Shown here one piece after another: positions 44,174 to 64,000 of a stretch of DNA of 64,000 nucleotides (its first letter is position 1; each line of letters starts with the position of its first letter). The notes under the pieces were generated by a model. That model made no database searches and was not told the origin of the DNA. It saw only the letters and a list, made by a program, of their open reading frames with translations. The DNA is from Chrysomallon squamiferum. Lineage: Eukaryota > Animalia > Mollusca. The DNA lies in assembly GCA_012295275.1 (NCBI GenBank), contig CM022677.1, forward strand, positions 21,204,001 to 21,268,000, in the 5' to 3' direction. Both the position numbers and the translations under genes were made by a program.

Positions 44174-45583
44174 GCGTGCACTTGTGTAATAATTTTAATG
44201 TGTTCATTGTTTTTCTTTCCATTAAATTCAGTTTTCCCTGGGCCGCGAGGCACTCTCCCTCGAGACTGTTCTCATCAAGGATTTTAAGAATTGTGTACAC
44301 GCTGCAGCTGCACTTCAGATCTGTGTCCCGCACTTTGATTTTTCTAAACTTCTCTTTCTCGTTCTGCAGGACGAAGTCTATGTTTTGTATTTTGGTTCTG
44401 TCCAGCGTAACGGTGAGGCCCCGACCCATGTTTCTGAACACACCGGGGCTGATCGTGGTCAGAGGATTTCCGTACAAGTCCAAAACGACGAGAGGGAGCT
44501 CTTCGAAAGCGCTGGCACGAATCCTCGCGATTGGGTTGTCTCTCATGAACAGTGCAGAGAGCGTGGCCAGACCTCGCAGGGCGTTGCTGGGAACCTCTGT
44601 CAGGTGTCTCCTGTTGATGACGAGTTTTGTGAGACACAGTCTCTGAGCGCTGAAGATTCCTTCCACCAGTGGTAGGCGCGTGCCGCTGACGTCGAGCTCT
44701 CGGAGACAGAATTCGCCCAGCAGCGAGTCGGTGCTGAAAACCGAGAGCTCGTTGTCCGCGAGATCGAGTTTGGCCAGTCTCTTCAGTCTGAGCACGGAGC
44801 GAGGCAGATCGTCCAGACTGCAGTTCCTCATTCTCAGTTCTTTCAGCGTGGAGCTGACGTCAACGAAACACTTCCGGTCTACGGACTCTGTTCTCAGCGG
44901 GTTGTGACTCAGTATCAGAACTTGCAGCACGCGGAGGTCGTGGAAGGCATTGTGTTTTATGCTGGAGATGTCGTTGTGGGATAAGTCGAGTACTCGCAGT
45001 TTGGGAACGTCGTCGAATACGCGTATCATGTCTGACAGGCCGTTGTAGCTTAGATTCAACGACCTGAGAGAGTCTAAATGTTTAAAAGCGTGATCCCGTA
45101 TGTAGCCCAGATTACAGTGATCCATTTCTACGTTTTCGATAGACAGAAGCTGCAAATTGGCGAAAATCCTGTTATTTACGAGTCCACTATGTTGGAAATT
45201 GTGGCTCATTTTAAGGTACTTCAGTGCTGTGAGGCCGTGCAAAAATTTCAACGGTTTCTTAAATGACAGACTCAAGTTTTCAAGATAGAGATCTCGCAAC
45301 GTCCACGCTATGTTGATGAGAACACCTTCTGACAAATACACATTCGATTCACTTCGTAGACGTAAACTGTAAATCGCCAAATCTTTCGGAAAATCGGAGA
45401 CCGCAAGATTCCTCCATGGATTCAGATGAAAGTCCAGTCGAATGAGTTCTTTCACTGGTCTCAGAAAGTGTATATTTGGAAAATAACCCTCTTTCTTTCT
45501 GCACTTGACGTCATAAATTCTTCCTGCAGTGTCTGAGAACATTATTTCACACTGGCACTGTTCTGGGCAGGCAAGAAATTGAT
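44174..45583 (-). CDS. Large LRR exon copy 4 (intact, 470 codons)
   Basis: 1410 nt open frame (ORF 44157..45635), gagcag/gtgag. Confidence 0.92.
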
Positions 45584-46049
45584 CTGCTCCATAGACAAGA
45601 ATAGTTGATAAAAATTTAAAAAATAAGTAAATCAATAAATAAATAAAACAAGAAAGAAAAGAATAAAAATAAAGACTGAGAAAACATAAATCATTAGATC
45701 AAATAATAATAATAATAAAATAAAAATTTGAAGCTTTTTAAATTGTCGTCATTAACATAATACAGTAACAACTTGTTTCTTTCAACACGTCAACCTAGTC
45801 ATAGAAAACAAATAAACGTTATGTTATAGGATGTTTGTTTCATGTTGTTGTTGTTGTTGTTGTTGTTGTTATTTTTGTTATGATTAGAATGTTTAATTCT
45901 TGATTAATTCATTCATTTTTGTGCTGAATTTTCATACCTGTTTTGTTGTTGTTTATTTTCTTTCTTTATTTAATTTTTTGAAACTATTTTTATTAATATA
46001 TTTAATTATTTTTAATTATTTTATTTAATTTATTTTATTTTATTTTATT

Positions 46050-46140
<91 letters not shown>

Positions 46141-46214
46141 TTCATTTATTTATTTCCTATTAACTTATAGAAGTTAATATTAAATCAAACTTTAAATAAA
46201 AGTCTTGATGTTAC

Positions 46215-46262
46215 CAGGACTTCCAGACGGCCTTGCAGTCATTCTTCTTGTAGATTCCTCTT
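46215..46262 (-). CDS. Linker microexon M (EEESTRRMTARPSGSP)
   Basis: 48 nt, ctacag/gtaac. Confidence 0.75.
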
Positions 46263-46324
46263 CTGTAGAGAAAAAAATAAAGAAGAAAAAAAGTAAATGA
46301 AAGAAAACTAAATAAATAAATAAA

Positions 46325-46514
46325 TCGGAGACCACAAGGTTCCTTCCTCGATTCAGATGAAAGTCCAGTCGAATGAGTTCTTTCACTGGTCTCAGAAAGT
46401 GTATATTTGGAAAGTAACCCTCTTTCTTTCTGCACTTGACGTCATAAATTCTTCCTGCAGTGTCTGAGAACATTATTTCACACTGGCACTGTTCTGGGCA
46501 GGCAAGAAATTGAT
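46325..46514 (-). pseudogene. Truncated LRR exon (N-cap only), stop-free and in frame with the downstream microexon
   Basis: ORF 46192..46620; intact gagcag acceptor; same breakpoint as 25971. Confidence 0.7.
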
Positions 46515-47043
46515 CTGCTCCACAGACAAGAATAGTTGATGCAAATTTAAAAAATAAATAAATAAATAAATAAATAAATAAAACAAGAAAGAAAAGAATT
46601 AAAAAAGACTGAGAAAACATGAATCATTAGAACAAATAATAATAGTAATAAAACAAAAATTTAAAGCTTTTTTAAATTGTGGTCATTAACATAATACAGT
46701 AAGCTCTTGTATTTTTCTGCAGGTTAACCTAGACATAGAAAACAAATAAACATTATGTTATGTGATGTTTCTTTGATGTTGTTGTTGTTGTTGTTGTTGT
46801 TTTTGTTATATTTAGTATGTTTATTTCTTGATTCATTCATTTATTTATCTGCTGATTTATCATTTCTCTTTTCTTGTTGTTTATATTCTTTATTTAATTT
46901 TTTGAAATTATTTTTTTTAATATATTTATTTTTATTATTTTATTTTATTTTATTTTAATTTATTTAATTATTATTTATTTATTCACAACTGACTTATAGA
47001 AGTTAATATTAAATCAAACTTTAAATAAAACTTTTGATATTAC

Positions 47044-47091
47044 CAGGCGTTCCAGTCGGCCTTTCAGTCATTCTTCTTGTAGATTGCTCTT
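47044..47091 (-). CDS. Linker microexon M variant (EQSTRRMTERPTGTP), main acceptor AG changed to AA
   Basis: Donor gtaat intact; in-frame aag 3 nt downstream. Confidence 0.5.
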
Positions 47092-47136
47092 TTGTAGAGA
47101 AAAAAATAAAGAAGAAAAAAATAAATGAAAGAAAAC

Positions 47137-47171
<35 letters not shown>

Positions 47172-47463
47172 ATAGATAAATAAATAAATTCAGTGGACAA
47201 GACCCAAACTGGACAGTCAAGAATCGCAGAAAATAACAGAAAAATAAAAACATTCGTCATTCCGCCGTCAACATATAAAATAAACAAACAAACAAATAAA
47301 CAAACAAACAATGACGTAGAGAAGTCATTTATGAATCAAACTTTTGTATATTGTTCTGCTGGAATTCATAATAACCACAAGAGTTGTCTGTGTGCGTGTG
47401 TATAGAGACAGAGAGATAGAGAGATAGATAGATAGAGAGACAGACAGACTGACAGACATATAT

Positions 47464-47500
<37 letters not shown>

Positions 47501-47599
47501 CAGATAGATAGACAGATAGATAGACAGATATACAGATATATATTTACAGACAGACAGACAGATAGATAGAAAGACAGAGAGACAGACAGACAGACAGTC

Positions 47600-47637
<38 letters not shown>

Positions 47638-47798
47638 GTAGGTAGCTACATAGATACACTGCATATAAGCTTAATAAAGAAAAGAGAGAAAATATTTAGA
47701 AATACAAAGAGAAAAATGTATTTATTTACTTATTTATTTATCAACTATTTATGAACTATGGAAGAGTACAGTGAATCAAATAAAAGTTAAAATATTAC

Positions 47799-47846
47799 CA
47801 GGAGTGTCAGTTGACACTGTGCTCTTTTCTACTGCAGTTTGTTCTT
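47799..47846 (-). CDS. Linker microexon H (EEQTAVEKSTVSTDTP)
   Basis: 48 nt, ctgcag/gtaat. Confidence 0.75.
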
Positions 47847-48665
47847 CTGCAGAACAAAAACAAATAACAATAAAATAATAATAAATAAACAAATAAATAA
47901 ATAAATAAACAAACAAACAAATAAACAAACAAACAAACAAAGACATAAACAAAAACGAAAGGATCTTTAAACGCAGTATTTACGGTTTCCATTACTACTT
48001 GGAAATCGAAGTTTGCTCACCGTGTTCTCAGATTAACTCTATCACAGAAAGGTGTTACACTGGACACAACTTAGGCAAGTTAAGAGATGCATTTCATAAA
48101 AACAAGCTGTGTTGTACTGAACCTGTACTCGTTCCAGCTTCCATCAGACACGACCTAACCTGGACGCGATTGTTGTTTGGCACGCTGAGAATTGTTGAAG
48201 TTTTCTTGTACGGACCACGAAATGTATCAGATCTAGCCTGAACTGAATCCAAGCTCCTGGTTTACTTGATACCAGTGCCCTTTGATGTAATCGTTTGTTA
48301 AAATGTCGAATTCATTTCCCCCGCTTATCTTCTTTTTTTCATAAAATACGGTGAACAGTTTCAAACAGAACTCAACTACATCAGCGTCAACACTCTTTTA
48401 TTTTGCATAATGTCAGTCACTAGAGTCTAAATGTTCGTATTACATATAAGTATACACGACCTGAGGTTCTAAATGGTATCCACGAAATTAAGTATCACAT
48501 AGGTAACTCAAGACAGATAGGAGAGCACAGACTCACAGACGGATGGATAGATTGTATATAGGCAGAGATCTAGAGGTAGAGCTACAGACAGCCAGACAGA
48601 GAGACAGAGACTCTCAGACAGATATACAGATATCACTTATAGAAATATCTCACCAGGTATTGTAC

Positions 48666-48857
48666 CTGGACATCTCGCCAGGTCGGCACAGTACACAGTG
48701 ATGTACGTCGTGCTTTCACCAACACAGAACTTTCCTCCATACTGAGGCACTGGATTTGAACAAAATCGACTTTTCACTATATTTTTGATTCCCCTGCCAC
48801 ACGTAACACTACAAGGTCTTGTCGTGTCTATTCTCCACACAGACCAACCACCATCCA
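48666..48857 (-). CDS. TSP1 exon type I copy 2
   Basis: 192 nt; alternative gtgag donor extends the exon to 48654. Confidence 0.9.
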
Positions 48858-49067
48858 CTGAGAAAAGAGAATCTGTACAATTAGTTCTTCAGGAAAATCG
48901 CTGTTCTTACGTCATATGGCATACAGTCGAATTCCTGACCTACCAGGAATACGAAAACATACATAAAAGCAAGTGAAATAAGATAAAGGGCAAACACATG
49001 CAATTCACGAAATAAATCAAATAAATGAACAAATATTATCAAGTGAAGAAACGTCAGATGTTCGTAC

Positions 49068-49106
49068 CAGGAGCGCCTCTTATTCTTTCTGTGCCTTCAG
49101 GTCTTT
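49068..49106 (-). CDS. Basic linker microexon K' (ERPEGTERIRGAP)
   Basis: 39 nt, gaag/gtacg. Confidence 0.45.
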
Positions 49107-49124
49107 CTTCATTTTTGATAGAAA

Positions 49125-49155
<31 letters not shown>

Positions 49156-49700
49156 AATAAAAAAGACTGAGAATAAGAATAATAATAAAATATCTTTTTT
49201 TAGATTTTTCGAATTCTGGTTATTATGATAATACAACAAGCAGTTGTTTCTTTCAGCAGGTTAACCTAGACATATAAAACAAATAAACGTTATGTTATCT
49301 CAAGTCTCTCTGTTCTTTCTTGTTTTTTTTTTCTTTTTTATTCGTTGTTTCTTTGTTGTTTTTATTGTTTGTTTTGGATGGTTTTTGTTTCTTGTTGTTT
49401 TTGTTTTGTTTTTGTTCTTTTTGTTGTTTTTTGTGTTTTTTTGGGGTTATGATTAGTATGTTTAATTCTTGATACATTAATTCCCTTATATTCTCCTTTA
49501 TCTTTTCTCTTTTCTGTTGCTTATTTTCATTCTTTATTCAATTTTTTGAAATTATTTTTATTAAAATATTTAATTGTTTTTGATTATTTTGTTATTTTTT
49601 TATTTATTTATTTATTTATTTATTTAGTTATGTAATTATTTACTAAAGAATTATAGAAGTTAATGTTAAATCAAACTTGAAATGAAACTGTTGATGTTAC

Positions 49701-49748
49701 CAGGAGTTCCAGACGCTGTTGTAGTCATACTTCTTGTAGATTCCTCTT
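49701..49748 (-). CDS. Linker microexon M (EEESTRSMTTTASGTP)
   Basis: 48 nt, ttatag/gtaac. Confidence 0.72.
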
Positions 49749-50028
49749 CTATAAAGAACAAAGAAAGAACAAAACAAAAATAAATTAAAGAAAAATAAAT
49801 AAATAAATAAATAATAAATAAATAAATGAGAGAAAAATATATCAATAAATAAAAAAATAAACAAAGAAAGAAAGAAAACAAACCAAAAAATAAATAAATA
49901 AATAAATAAATATATAAATTCAGTTGACAAGACCCAAATTGCACAAGACTGTTTCTGTATAAGATTGTATTTTTTTTGAGGAAAATCATTACTGGTGGCC
50001 AAGACTCAAATGTTCCGACAACAACAAA

Positions 50029-50093
<65 letters not shown>

Positions 50094-50177
50094 GACAATT
50101 ACATGCAAAGAGATACGACGATCGATGGATACCACAGAGAGAGACAGAAACAAAGAGAGAGAGAAAGAGAAAGAGAG

Positions 50178-50311
<134 letters not shown>

Positions 50312-50399
50312 CATATTACACTTATCTCACCAGGTGTTGTAACCGGACATATTATTTATTTTCTTTCTTTATTTAATTCTTTGAAATTAATTTCATGAT

Positions 50400-62420
<12,021 letters not shown>

Positions 62421-62936
62421 AAAATAAATAAATAAATACATATATATATATATTTATTCAGTGGATTAGACTCAAACCGGACAAGATTGTTTATGTATGA
62501 AATGTCATTTGGTTTGTATTTTGGGGAGTAAAATTAGTACTGAATATCACGAATATAACAGATCGATATTTAACTCAATGCAAGGACTTTCATGTATGAA
62601 TTGTCATGGATACAATTTGTACTTAAATATACTAAAATATACTGTAAAGCTTTACAATCAAATGAAAACGAATCCATCTGAACTTAGTTTTATTTAGCTA
62701 AAAGAAACCACAACATTATTTTGAAAAGAAATAATAATATTCTCTGAATGCACGACAATTTTTTATAAGAAACACTGAAAAAGATACATGAGTACAGACT
62801 TATAGACGGATGGCTAGATTTCATATAGGCAGAGAGCTAGAGGTAAAGGTACAGACAGCCAGACAGAGAGAGAGAGAAAGACACTCAGAAAGATATACAG
62901 ATATCACTTATAGAAATATCTCACCAGGTATTGTAC

Positions 62937-63128
62937 CTGGACATCTCGCCAGGTCGGCACAGTACACTGTGATGTACGTCGTGCTTTCACCAACACAGAA
63001 CTTTCCTCCATACTTAGGCACTGGATTTGAACAAAATCGACTTTTCACTATGTTTTTGGTTCCCCTGCCACACGTAACACTGCAAGGTCTTGTCGTGTCT
63101 ATACTCCACACAGACCAACCACCATCAA
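62937..63128 (-). CDS. TSP1 exon type I copy 3
   Basis: 192 nt, tctcag/gtaca; alternative gtgag donor extends the exon to 62925. Confidence 0.9.
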
Positions 63129-63340
63129 CTGAGAAAAGAGAATCTGTACAATTAGTTCTTCAGAAAAATCGCTGTTCTTACGTCATATGATATATACAGT
63201 CGAATTCCTGACCTACCAGGAATAAGAACACATACATAAAAACAAGTGAAATAAGATAAAGGGCAAACACATGCAATTCACGAAATAAATAAAATAAAGT
63301 AACAAATATTATCAAGTGAAGAAACGTCAGATGTTCGTAC

Positions 63341-63379
63341 CAGGAGCCCCTTTTATTCTTTCTGTGCCTTCAGGTCTTT
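63341..63379 (-). CDS. Basic linker microexon K' (ERPEGTERIKGAP)
   Basis: 39 nt (42 with the upstream aag), gtacg donor. Confidence 0.45.
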
Positions 63380-63968
63380 CTTCTTTTTCGATAAAAATTT
63401 AAAGAAAAAAAAAAAAACATAAAAGAAAAGAATAAAAAAGATAGAAGTCATAAAGTCATTAGTAAAAATAAGAATAATAATAGAATAAAATTTTAAAGAT
63501 GTTTTGAATTGTGGTCATTATGATAATAAAGTAAGCACTTGTTTCTTTCAACAGGTTAACCTATGCATAGAAAACAAATAAACGGTATATTATATGAAGT
63601 TTGTCTGTTCTACCTTTTTTTTTTTTCGTTGCTTGTTTGTTTGTTTTTTTGTTTTGTTTTGCGTTCTTTTTGCTTTTGTTTTTTGTTGTTGTTGTTGTTT
63701 TTTTGTGGTTTTTTTTGTGGTTTTTGGTCACGATTAGTATGTTTACTTCTTGATACATTAAATCCCTCATATGCTCCTTTATCTTTTCTCTTTTTTGTTG
63801 CTTATTTTCTCTCTTTATTCAATTTTTTTTAATTATTTTTATTAAAATATTTAATTGTTTTTTTTTTTATTTTATTAATTTATTTATTTATTTACTTAAG
63901 TATTTATTTACTAAAGACTTATAGAAGTTAATATTAAATCAAACTTTAAATGAAACTCTTGATGTTAC

Positions 63969-64000
63969 CAGGAGTTCTAGACGCCCTTGTAGTCATTCTT
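63969..64000 (-). CDS. Linker microexon M, cut by the window end
   Basis: ...RMTTRASRTP followed by gtaac donor. Confidence 0.6.

Overview
AT-rich animal genomic DNA dense in microsatellites ((AG)n, (AAT)n, (AGAT)n, (AAAT)n). The composition resembles coleoid cephalopod genomes, but that is inference only. The whole window reads as the interior of one very large minus-strand gene, or a tandem gene array, built by repeated internal duplication. I find 4 large (1409-1410 nt) LRR exons plus 2 truncated LRR copies, 28 thrombospondin type-1 (TSP1) exons of 8 sequence types (labelled A-G and I), and about 43 Ser/Thr/Pro/charged linker microexons of 39-48 nt (types M, H, K, L). Fifteen of the microexons form a tandem array with a ~0.75-0.95 kb period at 50.5-62.4 kb. 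Every intact exon is phase 1-1 and a multiple of 3 nt, so any subset can be spliced in frame. No start exon, signal peptide, genuine transmembrane exon or terminal exon is visible. Three exons carry 1-nt frameshifts. Most ORFs in the supplied track are microsatellite or antisense artefacts. Exon coordinates were read by hand from AG/GT boundaries and have no transcript support.
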